Of a DNA stretch of 39,200 nucleotides, positions 28,161 to 37,635 are shown piece by piece. The notes under the pieces are model-generated. The model was given only the letters and a program-made list of their open reading frames with translations, ran no database searches and was not told where the DNA came from. Position 1 is the stretch's first letter. Each line of letters opens with the position of its first letter. The position numbers were made by a program, and so were the translations under genes. The stretch comes from an uncultured Acetobacteraceae bacterium (GTDB lineage: Bacteria; Pseudomonadota; Alphaproteobacteria; Acetobacterales; Acetobacteraceae). The stretch is from positions 1-39,200 of the forward strand of contig CAXTTH010000001.1 in the NCBI GenBank assembly GCA_964247035.1, written 5' to 3'.

Positions 28161-28287
28161 CTCGCCCTCATCGCTGCGATGCGCAAGCTGCTCCACGCCG
28201 CCTACAGCGTCACCGAGAACCGCAAGCCGTTCACGATCAAACCTGTCGAGGCGTGAAGAAAATACTTGCTGGAGGAGACGGTATTTC
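28161..28287 (+). pseudogene. IS110-family transposase C-terminal remnant plus right end
   Basis: 28161-28256 translates LALIAAMRKLLHAAYSVTENRKPF, the typical IS110 C-terminal A.MRKL...PF motif. It is followed by CTTGCTGGAGGAGACGGTATTT, which resembles IS110 right ends. Not in the ORF track. Confidence 0.7.
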
Positions 28288-28337
28288 ACTGGGCCTTGTA
28301 GGGTGTCACAAGAGTCCGACGCTTCGTAAAGCTGGCG

Positions 28338-29838
28338 CTACTTGGGACCGGTCACCGTCCACCTCGCATCAAGCCAGAACTGCCGGTCACGTTGACCCTG
28401 GGCAACGCCGGCTGATGACCAGAAGTCATGCGCCACAACGGGAGCCCCGCCCAGGATTCGGGACATCAGCCCATGGGTGCGGTGCTTCCTGTCCCGGTAT
28501 GCGTCGTCGGCGAACGCCATCGTCTCCATGATGACGACGCCATGTTGGATGGCATGATTCGCCTCCGCCCAGAGGACGAAGTCGGGCACGCAGGGATCGC
28601 GGGCTTCCTGGTCGCCTTAAGGTCGGTGCTTGATGCCCAGCTCACGGAGCGTGGTCAGACTGGCGCGGTGTGCGTCTCCGATCCTCGTCAGCAGAGCCGC
28701 AGCTTCGACAGGGGCTCCTCCAACGGCCTGGGCCGGTGCGGGGGCCGATGACCAGCTAAGATCGAATACCGGCTTGTCGATCGTCACCCGCACCTTCCGG
28801 CGCTTGCCCAGCCAGTCCTGCAGGCTGAGCAACAGCGCCAGGGTCTGACGCTCCAGGTTGCTGTCGACCGGCATCAGGTGCCCCTGTGAGGCACAGGGGT
28901 GTAGGTAGGCCTTGAGCACTTTGACCGGTTCATGCGGCGCCATCTGCCAGACGACGCAAGCCGCGAGGTAGGGCGACCGGGCCCGACGATCGCCGGCCGG
29001 CTCTTGGCCATGCCCATCCCGCTCGCCGAAGATCGCGATTCCGCCGCGGACCGGGATGGGGTCGCCACGGAGCGGCCTGATGTGGCCCTCGGCTGCCTCG
29101 GCCGCCATCGTCACCAGCAGCACATGCGGGCAATGGCTACGCCGGAAGCGCTCTGGCGGCGTGCGAGCGATCTTCGCCATGAGCTCGGGCAGGGCAGGGA
29201 GGTAGGTGCAGAGGAAGTTCGCCAGGATGACGTCCTCCTCGAGCTCGATCTCGCGGGCGGCCATGCGCAAGGCCCGGTACTGGTCGGCGATCGAGGGTAG
29301 CGGCTGTCCGGGACTAACGCGTTAGCCCAGCCTTCTCCAGCAGCAGCATCAGCAACGTCGCCAGCCGGCCCCGATAACGGTCGCGGCTGCGACCCGTGAC
29401 GGCCGCTGTGGTGTGCTCGGCACTTTTGTAGCGGGTGACGAGCGGGATCGGCTTGCGCGGCACCGGGCGGGTGTAGCTGCCGCAGATCAGAAGCTGCTCG
29501 GCCCGGTCCCGGTAGAAGTCGCAGGCCGGGTCATGCGCTGGCCAGGGCGCCTCGGTGTGGCGTCGGATGTGATCCTCCGTCACCGGGATCAAGGCAGGAG
29601 GCCGCGGCACGTTGCCCAGGCAGTCGCACAGGAACCAGCGTCCAGCCCCTGAATGCTGATGGCGGCGGACGACCGTGGCCCCGATCGTCCGATCCTCGAT
29701 CTTGCCGCAATGCCCGAAGGCGCGACGCAGCGCCAGGTCCTCGTCGACCGTCAGCTCCCTGAGCTCGGCCACTTCGCCTCGACGTGTCAGCCGCAACACG
29801 GCCACCTCCAACGCTGATTTGATCCTCTCAAGCTGCAT
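28338..29838 (-). pseudogene. DUF1173-like protein (putative PD-(D/E)xK nuclease), broken into three ORFs
   Basis: CDC...HDPACDFY, MPVDSNLER, IDKPVFD, PDFVL...IMETM...YRDRK. Frameshift near 29315 and an in-frame TAA at 28617-28619. Confidence 0.6.
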
Positions 29839-30050
29839 GCCCCGGTGCGAACGAGAACCGGCCCCGGAAAAACTTCGGTGCGACGGGTGCCGGTTCGCAC
29901 CGCAGGCGGGGAGCCTGGGAAGGAGAAAGCCAGAATCGGAGGTCGTGATGGCGATACCGCTGCTGCTGGGCGCGCCACAAGGGGGCGTTGCTGCGCTCCC
30001 GCCTGCGGTGCAGGCGCCCTTGTCCCGCGCCCCGCGCGCGGTCGCCGGGA

Positions 30051-30516
30051 TGGAGTGGACCCCTGAAGTGAGACAGGTAAATTCGGACAGCTCCCAACGA
30101 GGAGAATGGACCGATGTCCCTGAGCGAGTCCGGACGTCACAGCCGGGAGTTCATGCTAAAAGCCGTTGAACGGCTGGAGGCTGGCGAGCGCGCAAGCGCC
30201 CTGGCCATCGAGCTGAACCTTCAGCGAACGATCATTTATCACTGGCGTGACCGGTTCCGCGCGAACGGCGCGGAAGGGGTGACGAGCAAACGCGGGCGCC
30301 CGCGCACGCCAGAGGTCCTTGTGGCGGAGAGTACACGCGCATCGCGGGCCAGGGCGGATGGCTTGGTCCAGGCGCGGGCCCAAATCGCTGAACTGGAGCG
30401 CAAGGTTGGCCAGCAACAGCTGGACCTGGATTTTTTCAGGGGCGCCTTGCAGCATATAGAGGGTTCACGCCGGCCGAGCGACGGGCCTAGCGTGACAGCG
30501 TCTTCGCCCACATCCA
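30051..30516 (+). mobile_element. IS3-family fragment (left IR plus orfA from 30114), truncated by Tn3
   Basis: TGGAGTGGACCCCTGAAGTGAGACAG end, and an OrfA HTH plus leucine zipper (SREFMLKAVERL...IAELERKVGQQQLDLDFFRGAL). No orfB. Confidence 0.85.
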
Positions 30517-30558
30517 GGCCTGTGCGGCTGAGCGGAACAGAAAAGCAGCATAAGGCTT

Positions 30559-31107
30559 CTATCGCTCCAGGACGCGGTAGATCGTGGCTGGATGGACGTT
30601 GAACGTCCTGGCGACGGCGCTGATGGATTTCCCGTCTCGGACGAGGTCTCGTGCGAGTTCCTGCTGGTCGGGCAGCATTTTCTTTGGCCTGCCGAAGGCC
30701 ACGCCGCGCGCCTGAGCGGCCAGCCTGCCTTCCTGTGTGCGGCTGAGAATGAGGGTGCGCTCGAACTCAGCGATGCCGGCAAAGACCGTCATGATCATCC
30801 GGCCGGACGGGCTTGTCGTATCGGCCCACGGCTCGTCAAGTGACTGTAATCCTGCTTTCTTTTCGGTGATGCGCTCAGCGATCCGCAGCAGTTCGGAGGT
30901 GGAGCGGGCCAGCCTGTCGAGGCGCGTCACCACCAGCACGTCGCCTTTGCGGAGTTGATCGAGCAGCTTCTCAAGCTTGGGGCGGTGGCGCGCGACGCCG
31001 GAGATCTTTTCTTCGAACAGCTTGTCGCATCCGATGGCGGACAGGCGTTGGCATTGGCTGGTCAGGGTTTGTTCGTCCGTCGAGACCCGGGCATAGCCGA
31101 GCTTCAC
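30559..31107 (-). CDS. tnpR: Serine recombinase (resolvase)
   Basis: MKLGYARVSTDEQ, VVTRLDRLARS, AEFER, GRP, and HTH (VARTFNVHPATIYR). GTG start at 31107. Confidence 0.95.
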   Translation of the reverse strand: MKLGYARVSTDEQTLTSQCQRLSAIGCDKLFEEKISGVARHRPKLEKLLDQLRKGDVLVVTRLDRLARSTSELLRIAERITEKKAGLQSLDEPWADTTSPSGRMIMTVFAGIAEFERTLILSRTQEGRLAAQARGVAFGRPKKMLPDQQELARDLVRDGKSISAVARTFNVHPATIYRVLER

Positions 31108-31238
31108 GAGAGGTCCCCCGGGGCTTCGCAAAACATATTGCTAAAAGGACGGTTTCCGCATAGGTGTTCTGCGAAGAAAAAGGCGTGTGATTTCAGTTGG
31201 CATCCTCTCTGCCGCAAATGTCCTAAGTTCCGCACGAC
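31108..31238. promoter_or_regulatory. res site and divergent tnpR/tnpA promoters
   Basis: AT-richer intergenic region between divergent resolvase and transposase, the Tn3 arrangement. Confidence 0.6.
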
Positions 31239-34200
31239 ATGCCCACCCGCCACCTGTCCGACGAGCAGCGGCGGCACTACGCCCGTTTTGCCGCCGCACC
31301 CTCGCCGAACGAACTGTCGCGGTATTTCCACCTGGACAGCGGCGACCGGGAGGTCGTCGATGGGCTGCGTGGCGACCACAACCGCTTGGGCTTTGGCCTC
31401 ATGCTCGGATCGGCCCGATTCCTGGGCGCCTTTCCCGGCGACGACTGCGACATCCCTCAGTCGGTCACGGCTTTCCTGATCGGCCAGTTGGGGCTGCCGC
31501 CACAGGCCGGGTTCAAAGGCTATTTCGACCACGGCGGCCAGCGCCTGCGCCACCTCGCCCTGATCCGCGAGCGCTACGGCTTCAGCGAGTTCGCCGACAG
31601 CGGACCGGCCCGGTTCCGCCTGACCCGATGGCTTTATGCGCTGTGCTGGAGCGGTGAAGACCATCCCGGCCCGCTGATCGAGCGCGCCACGTCTTGGCTG
31701 GTCGTCAACAAGGTGCTGCTGCCAGGTGTCAGCGTCCTTGAACGCTTTGTCGGCCGCATCAGGGACCGAGCACACAAGCGCCTGTGGACCCGCCTGGTGG
31801 CGGCGCTCGATGAGCAGCAGCGCACGCGGATCGCAGCCTTGTTTGACGAGACCAGTGAGGCCAACCTCGCCGCCCTGGACGAGCTGCGGACCGTGCCGAC
31901 GCAGCGCTCCTCCGGTGAACTTCTTCTGCACTTCGACAGGCTCGAAGCCATCCGTGCCTTCGACCTGCGCCCGTCGCCACCCAAAGGCGTGCCGGCGGCG
32001 AGCCTGGAGCGGTTGGCGCGGGTCGCCCGAGTGGGCAAACCCTCCGCGATTGCGGCACTTCAGGAACCCCGCCGAACGGCGACCGTGGCGGCGCTGTTCC
32101 ACACGCTGGAGACGGCGGCCCAGGATGACGCGGCCGAACTGGCTGAAGCGCTGCTCACCGACCTGGTCAAGGATGCCGAGGGCGCCGAAAAGAAAGCCCG
32201 GCTGAGAAGCCTGCGCGACCTCGACGACGCCGCAATCCTGCTGCGCGACATGGCGGCACTGGTCTTCACGGAGGATGCGCTGCCATTGGATCAATGGCGC
32301 GATGCGCTGTTCGAGCGGCTCCCGCGTGCCGACCTCGTTGCCGCCATGGCCGAGGTCGACGCGATTGCCAGGCCGCATGACGCCAGACCCTACGCAGAGC
32401 TTCGCACCCGATGGCGCCGGGCACGCCGCCTGTTTTTCAACATCGCCACCCGGCTGCAAATGGAGGCCGGACCTGGCGGCAAGGCGGTGCAGGAGGCGAT
32501 GGACTATCTCGCCGGCGTCGCCGACTGGTCCAGTGCCAAGATGCGCGATGCGCCCACGGTGGCGGTCCCGAAAGCGTGGCGGGCGCATGCGCTGGACGCG
32601 CAAGGCCGTGTGGCCGATGCCAAGGCCTATGTGTTTGCGCTGATCGATGCCTGGCGCACCGCCGTCAAGCGCCGCGACATCTTTGCCAATCCCGGCACAC
32701 GCTACGGCGACCCACGGCGTGGCTTGCTGGACGGAACGACTTGGCAGGAATCCAAGCTCGTGGTGTGCCGCGCGCTGAACCGCTCGCTTGATGCCGACAT
32801 CGAGATCGCCGGGCTGGCAAAGCTGCTCGACGGCGCCTACCGCACCGTGGCCGAGCGGGCGGCGAGCAACCCAGACCTGCGCTTCGAGACCGTGCAGGGC
32901 AGGACGCGCCTTGTCGTCGCACCGCTCGACCGGCTGGAGGACCCCGAAACCCTGCGCGCCCTGCGTCCGGCCATCCAGGGCAGAATGCCGAAGGCCGCCA
33001 TGCCCGACCTCTTCCTGGAGGTCATGCAGCGCACCGGCTTCGCCCAGGCCTTCACGCACCTGAGCGAACGGCACGCCCAGGTCGAGCAGTTCGAGACCAG
33101 CCTGTGCGCCGCCCTGGTCGCCGAGGCCTGCAACATCGGCATCGAGCCGGTCAGCCGGCAGGAGGTTCCGGCTTTGCGGCGCGAGCGCCTGGCCTGGGTC
33201 ACCCAAAACTTCATCCGCCCCGACACCATCGCGGCCGCCAGCGCGCGCATCGTGTCCGCCCATGCCGCATTGCCGCTCGCCAGGCTCTGGGGAGCAGGCG
33301 ACGTCGCCTCGGCGGACGGCATGCGCTTCACGGCACCCGCCAGCGCCATCCATGCCGGGCCCAACCCGAAATACTTCGGCCAATCCCGGGGCGTGACCTG
33401 GTATAACCTGATGTCCAACCAGTTCAGCGGCCTCAACGCCATCGTGGTGCCCGGCACGCTGCGCGACAGTCTGGTGCTGCTTGCCCTCCTGCTCGAGCAG
33501 GAAACCGAGCTGGAGCCGATGGAAGTCATGACCGACACCACGGCCTATTTCGATGCCATATTCGGTCTGTTCTGGCTGCTGGGCTACCAGTTCAGCCCGC
33601 GGCTGGCCGACCTGGGTGACGCCAAGCTGTGGCGGATCGACCGCAAGGCCGACTACGGCCCGTTCAACAGCGTCGCCAAAGGCACCATCAACCCCGGCCT
33701 GATCCGCGAGAACTGGTCCGACGCGATCCGCCTGGTCGGATCGCTGAAACTCGGCCATCTCAAGGCGGCGGGCATCATGCGCACCCTCCAGGTCCGCGAC
33801 AAACCCACCACACTGGCCCGCGCGCTCGCCGAAATCGGCAGGATCGCCAAGACCGTCCACATCCTGCGCACCGTCGACGACGCCGGGTTCCGCAGGCGCA
33901 CCCTCACCCAGCTCAACCATACCGAACTGCGCCATCGCCTCGGCCGCCGCATTCACCACGGCGAGCGCGGCGAGATCAGGAGCCCGCTTCGGCAAGGGCA
34001 GGAAGAGCAACTCGGATGCCTCGGCCTCGCGCTGAACGCCGTCGTGCATTGGAACGCCATCTACATGCAGGAAGCCATCCATCAAGCCAGGGCAGACGGC
34101 ACGGATGTCCGCAACGATGACCTCGCCCACCTGTCCCCATTGATCTGGCGCCATCTCAACTTCCTCGGGCGATACGACTTCTCGCTGCCCGACACCGTCC

Positions 34201-34253
34201 TCAACGGCGGACTCAGGCCCCTCAGGAACCCTAATTCCGCATGGGAGTTTTGA
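31239..34253 (+). CDS. tnpA: Tn3-family transposase, intact (1004 aa)
   Basis: Full length, with ASADGMRF, MTDT, LNHTE (DDE) and LSPLIWRHLNFLGRYDF. Confidence 0.96.
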   Translation: MPTRHLSDEQRRHYARFAAAPSPNELSRYFHLDSGDREVVDGLRGDHNRLGFGLMLGSARFLGAFPGDDCDIPQSVTAFLIGQLGLPPQAGFKGYFDHGGQRLRHLALIRERYGFSEFADSGPARFRLTRWLYALCWSGEDHPGPLIERATSWLVVNKVLLPGVSVLERFVGRIRDRAHKRLWTRLVAALDEQQRTRIAALFDETSEANLAALDELRTVPTQRSSGELLLHFDRLEAIRAFDLRPSPPKGVPAASLERLARVARVGKPSAIAALQEPRRTATVAALFHTLETAAQDDAAELAEALLTDLVKDAEGAEKKARLRSLRDLDDAAILLRDMAALVFTEDALPLDQWRDALFERLPRADLVAAMAEVDAIARPHDARPYAELRTRWRRARRLFFNIATRLQMEAGPGGKAVQEAMDYLAGVADWSSAKMRDAPTVAVPKAWRAHALDAQGRVADAKAYVFALIDAWRTAVKRRDIFANPGTRYGDPRRGLLDGTTWQESKLVVCRALNRSLDADIEIAGLAKLLDGAYRTVAERAASNPDLRFETVQGRTRLVVAPLDRLEDPETLRALRPAIQGRMPKAAMPDLFLEVMQRTGFAQAFTHLSERHAQVEQFETSLCAALVAEACNIGIEPVSRQEVPALRRERLAWVTQNFIRPDTIAAASARIVSAHAALPLARLWGAGDVASADGMRFTAPASAIHAGPNPKYFGQSRGVTWYNLMSNQFSGLNAIVVPGTLRDSLVLLALLLEQETELEPMEVMTDTTAYFDAIFGLFWLLGYQFSPRLADLGDAKLWRIDRKADYGPFNSVAKGTINPGLIRENWSDAIRLVGSLKLGHLKAAGIMRTLQVRDKPTTLARALAEIGRIAKTVHILRTVDDAGFRRRTLTQLNHTELRHRLGRRIHHGERGEIRSPLRQGQEEQLGCLGLALNAVVHWNAIYMQEAIHQARADGTDVRNDDLAHLSPLIWRHLNFLGRYDFSLPDTVLNGGLRPLRNPNSAWEF

Positions 34254-34477
34254 ATAGCCTTATGCTGGTTTCCTGGTCCGCTCAGCCGCACAGGCCAAGT
34301 AGGCCACGGAAACGACCAATCTCTGTCGGCTCAATTGTTAGACCTATCGTGCTTGCGTAGTCTTTGACTTCGTGCACAATGGCGAACAACACGGCGGAGA
34401 CGATCCATGGTCGCAGTGATGAGCTTGTTCGAGGGCAGAGGCGGTTTGCAGGCAGGTGCTGCCGGACGCGCACAGCC

Positions 34478-34927
34478 GTGAGCGGCAGCAGCAGAGCGCG
34501 CTTCATCAGCCCGGGCGCCATCATAGGCATCGTCGTGCTGGTGCTGCTGACGATCGGCAGCGGCATGGTAGGCTGCCCGATCTACAACGTGTGGCATGCC
34601 CAGAAAGCCGGCGAGGCCGAGCTGGCGCAGGCGGACCAGAACCGGCAGATTGCGGTCGCCCAGGCCCGAGCCAAGGCGGAGAGCGCCCATTTCGAGGCCG
34701 ACGCCGAGATTACCCGGGCTGAGGGTGTCGCGCGCGCCAACGAGATCATCGGCAAGAGCCTGCAGGGCAACGAGGCCTACCTGCGTTACCTGTGGATCAA
34801 CGGGCTGGAGCAGAACCGGAACGCGGTCATCTACGTGCCGACCGAGGGCAACCTGCCCATCCTGGAAGCCAGCCGCCTGCCACAGCTGCCGAACGCACAG
34901 CCTGCGACCACCCAGCCCGGCCCGTGA
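34478..34927 (+). CDS. Small membrane-anchored SPFH/prohibitin-related coiled-coil protein
   Basis: One TM helix, then PIYNVW..GEAELAQA...RAEGVARANEIIGKSLQGNEAYLRYLWI..VIYVPTEGNLPILEA. The start (GTG 34478) is uncertain. Confidence 0.75.
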   Translation: MSGSSRARFISPGAIIGIVVLVLLTIGSGMVGCPIYNVWHAQKAGEAELAQADQNRQIAVAQARAKAESAHFEADAEITRAEGVARANEIIGKSLQGNEAYLRYLWINGLEQNRNAVIYVPTEGNLPILEASRLPQLPNAQPATTQPGP

Positions 34928-34982
34928 CAAGGTGGGAAGCTGTTTGGCCACCGTCGTCGCTTCACGAAGAGGGATGTGTCTG

Positions 34983-35219
34983 ATGCCAGATCCTGAGGAT
35001 CGCGAGATCATTCGTGAGCCGCATCCCGAAATGGTGCGCTGGGAAGAGTATAGGCCCTGGCCGGCGGACAAGCCGTTCCTGCTGACGCCGCTGGAGGCTT
35101 GGTATGTGATGCAGGGCTATACGGTCAAACCTGCCGCCACGTTCACCTTCGACGAGTTCATGGAACTCCCCGGCGCCCTCGAAGGCGGCCCGGACGGGGT
35201 CATGCTGCGCCAGAGCTAG
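34983..35219 (+). CDS. Hypothetical protein (78 aa)
   Basis: MPDPEDREIIREPHPEMVRWEEY... follows GAGGGA and ends 6 nt before the metallophosphoesterase. Confidence 0.6.
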   Translation: MPDPEDREIIREPHPEMVRWEEYRPWPADKPFLLTPLEAWYVMQGYTVKPAATFTFDEFMELPGALEGGPDGVMLRQS

Positions 35220-35225
35220 CCAGGT

Positions 35226-35984
35226 ATGGCGCGGCTATGGCTGATGTCCGACCTGCACCTGGAGGCGGTGCCTTACCCGGAGGCTTTCCGGCCTGTGCGT
35301 CCGGCCTTCGACGTGCTGGTCATCGCCGGCGACGTGTGGGAGGGCAGCAGCGCCCGAGCCCTCGCCATTGTGGCCGAGTTGGCGGGCGGCAAGCCGGCCG
35401 TGTTCGTGCTGGGCAACCACGAGCCTTGGCACCGCGACTTGGCCGAGGAACGCAGCGTGGCCTGTCGTGCCGCCGACCGGCACGGAGTCACGCTGCTGGA
35501 CGACGATGAGGCCGAGTGCGCCGGCGTGCGCTTCGTGGGTGGCACGCTGTGGGCCGATGGCGAGCTTGCCGGCCAGGAGAGAGCCCCGAGGCGGGCGACG
35601 GGCGAGCAGATCTACGTCGATCGCAGCCGCGGCGCCCGCTGGATCACCAACGGAGACGAGGCGGCGCTGCATCGGGAAACCCGGGACGTGATCGCCACGG
35701 CGCTGACCCGGCCGCGCGACGTCCGGCCCGTGGTGGTGGTGACGCATCATGCGCCGCACCCATGCTGCCTGCCAGCCGCCACTCGGACAGGCTGGGTGGC
35801 GAGCAACTCGGCGTCGGATTTGTCGTACCTGACGGACGCGGGCTTGGCCAACCTGTGGGTGCATGGGCATGTTCACCACTCGATCGACCTGGTCCGCCCG
35901 GGCGGCACCCGGATCGTTTGCAATCCAGCCGGACCCGGGTTCAGCAATCCCGACTTCCAAGACGAGCTGGTGGTGAAAGTTTGA
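35226..35984 (+). CDS. Calcineurin-like metallophosphoesterase
   Basis: SDLH, AGD, GNHE, THHAP and HGHVH motifs. Confidence 0.93.
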   Translation: MARLWLMSDLHLEAVPYPEAFRPVRPAFDVLVIAGDVWEGSSARALAIVAELAGGKPAVFVLGNHEPWHRDLAEERSVACRAADRHGVTLLDDDEAECAGVRFVGGTLWADGELAGQERAPRRATGEQIYVDRSRGARWITNGDEAALHRETRDVIATALTRPRDVRPVVVVTHHAPHPCCLPAATRTGWVASNSASDLSYLTDAGLANLWVHGHVHHSIDLVRPGGTRIVCNPAGPGFSNPDFQDELVVKV

Positions 35985-36259
35985 GGGCAGGGCGTCCAGG
36001 TGGCAGTCCTGACGCGGACAGCGATACGGTTCGGTTAAGGGAGAGCGCTATGGACACCCAGCCGCAACGATACAATGCCGACACTTGCGATCACAATCAG
36101 GCGGTGTTCGCATGGTTGGCATCGGAAGCGTTTACCGACTTCATAGCACTGCTTTCGGCGCGGCGGTGAAGCAGGCGGTGGACGAGCAGGTCGCCAAGGG
36201 CGTGACCAGGCCCCAGTGACGCGGCCGACAGGATCAACGGCGCCGGAAATCCACCTTGG

Positions 36260-36580
36260 CTAGGCTGCGCCTACCAGGTCCCCGATCACGACCACTGGCG
36301 CCTTGTTGCTGAAGTTGGGCACGTCGCCGAACACCGGGCCGCCCTCGGCCGCCACAGCGGCCTTGAACTGCTCGGCGGTGTCGAACTCCAGGTTAGCGAT
36401 GATGCTGTAACGAGGCTTCTCGCCGGTGGGAGTGCCAACAGCCTTGAGCACACGCCATCCCTTGATGCCGAAAGGTTTGAACTTCGCATCGACCAACGGC
36501 ATGTGTTTCGCCATGTAGTAGTCGAGATCGAAGGTCGCATCATCAACGTTATCGTACATTACGGTGATCGTGGTCGGCAT
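36260..36580 (-). CDS. EthD-family protein
   Basis: TVMY...FDLDYYMAKHMPLV...DVPNFSN..P. ATG 36580 with a GGAG RBS. Confidence 0.9.
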   Translation of the reverse strand: MPTTITVMYDNVDDATFDLDYYMAKHMPLVDAKFKPFGIKGWRVLKAVGTPTGEKPRYSIIANLEFDTAEQFKAAVAAEGGPVFGDVPNFSNKAPVVVIGDLVGAA

Positions 36581-36879
36581 CGCGCACTCCGGGAAGTTGC
36601 GCTCCAAATTACTGGAGCAAGATTACTGGGGCAAGGCTTGTGCCGCATGATGCTCGCCGCAGACGGAAGCTTCGTATGTCCAGCAGTGTAACCGAGCGTG
36701 ATGGAGGCGCTAGGTCCGCTGCCTCGGTCATGGCCGCAAGCTGCCCTGACGCGTGCGCACAACACCGTGGTTGACAGGCGACGTCAGCCTGGTGGCACGG
36801 CAGCCTCTTTCCATCCCGATCGCTCCCGCAAAGCTCCCCCGGCTTTCGCCAGAGGAGCCTTGTCCCGAAAACTCGCCGC

Positions 36880-37458
36880 TCAGCCGTGCCTTGCCCGTTT
36901 CAGCAGGTCGTCGGGCTCCTCCGTGCCTGCGTCGTTCGCTGTTGGACCATGCTTCCCCGAAAGCCCGTGCTGCCCACCATCCGGTCCAGTGGGCGCGTTG
37001 ATGCGCCGGACCGTGCCGCCGTTGTCAGCGGCCAAGGTTGCAGCCTCGTCGGGCGTGGCCATGCCTTCCCAGTGCTGGAACACCTTGCTGTATCGGAACC
37101 CGGCGGCACGCAGCTTGGCCGTGGCGTCTTTGGGCAGCGGGGTGGGGAAGGTGAGGACAATCGGCTCCTTGCCTTCGTCGCGCAGCCGGGCCTCCCGCGC
37201 AAAGGCCCGGCCACCCAGGGCCGCCCACTGCGCCACCTGTTCCTTCCCGGACGCCCCTTCTTTCAGCGAGAGCAGGGCGCCGTAGAGGGCATTGGGCTCG
37301 AGTTCGAGCAGGCTGGCTTTCTCGACCAGCCCGCCGGCCTGGTAGATCTTGGTGTTGCGCGCCTTGCGCCCGTCGGCCTTGAGCTTGGCTTCCTTCCCGG
37401 CGAGGCGGGCCTTTTCCTGTTCGTGGGCGCTGAGCCGTTCAGCGAGCGATTTAGCCAT
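36880..37458 (-). CDS. Conjugal transfer TraD-like protein with C-terminal extension
   Basis: RKARNTKIYQAGGLVEKASL...ALYGALL...W...G..AF matches the alphaproteobacterial TraD pattern. ATG 37458 with an AGGAG RBS. Confidence 0.75.
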   Translation of the reverse strand: MAKSLAERLSAHEQEKARLAGKEAKLKADGRKARNTKIYQAGGLVEKASLLELEPNALYGALLSLKEGASGKEQVAQWAALGGRAFAREARLRDEGKEPIVLTFPTPLPKDATAKLRAAGFRYSKVFQHWEGMATPDEAATLAADNGGTVRRINAPTGPDGGQHGLSGKHGPTANDAGTEEPDDLLKRARHG

Positions 37459-37635
37459 GACCGTCTCCTGTATGCTGCGGGCGAAGGTGCCGCGGCGGTT
37501 AGGATCGCCGCAGGCGTTGCGAACGGCGAATGCCGAAAATCGGCCAGGCCGGTCGATGTGCGGCAACCGCATCTCCCGCCAATGCGCAGACGGGTGAGTG
37601 ACCGCGAAGCTGTGCGAAATGGCCATTTGGACGGT

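Larger units (their letters stand above)
30517..34296. mobile_element. Complete Tn3-family transposon (tnpR-res-tnpA, no cargo), 38-bp IRs
   Basis: IRs at 30517-30554 and 34259-34296 match at 35/38, start GGCC and end TAAG. Flanks ATCCA and AAGTA are not a duplication. Confidence 0.93.

Noticed and set aside
31104-34154. 1016-aa minus-strand ORF (also 15253-17082, 19180-20934, 12459-13355, 9204-10142 and similar)
   Set aside because: These are antisense shadows of GC-rich genes and have no recognisable motifs.
36050-36169. 39-codon ORF with an RBS after the metallophosphoesterase
   Set aside because: Too short and has no motif.
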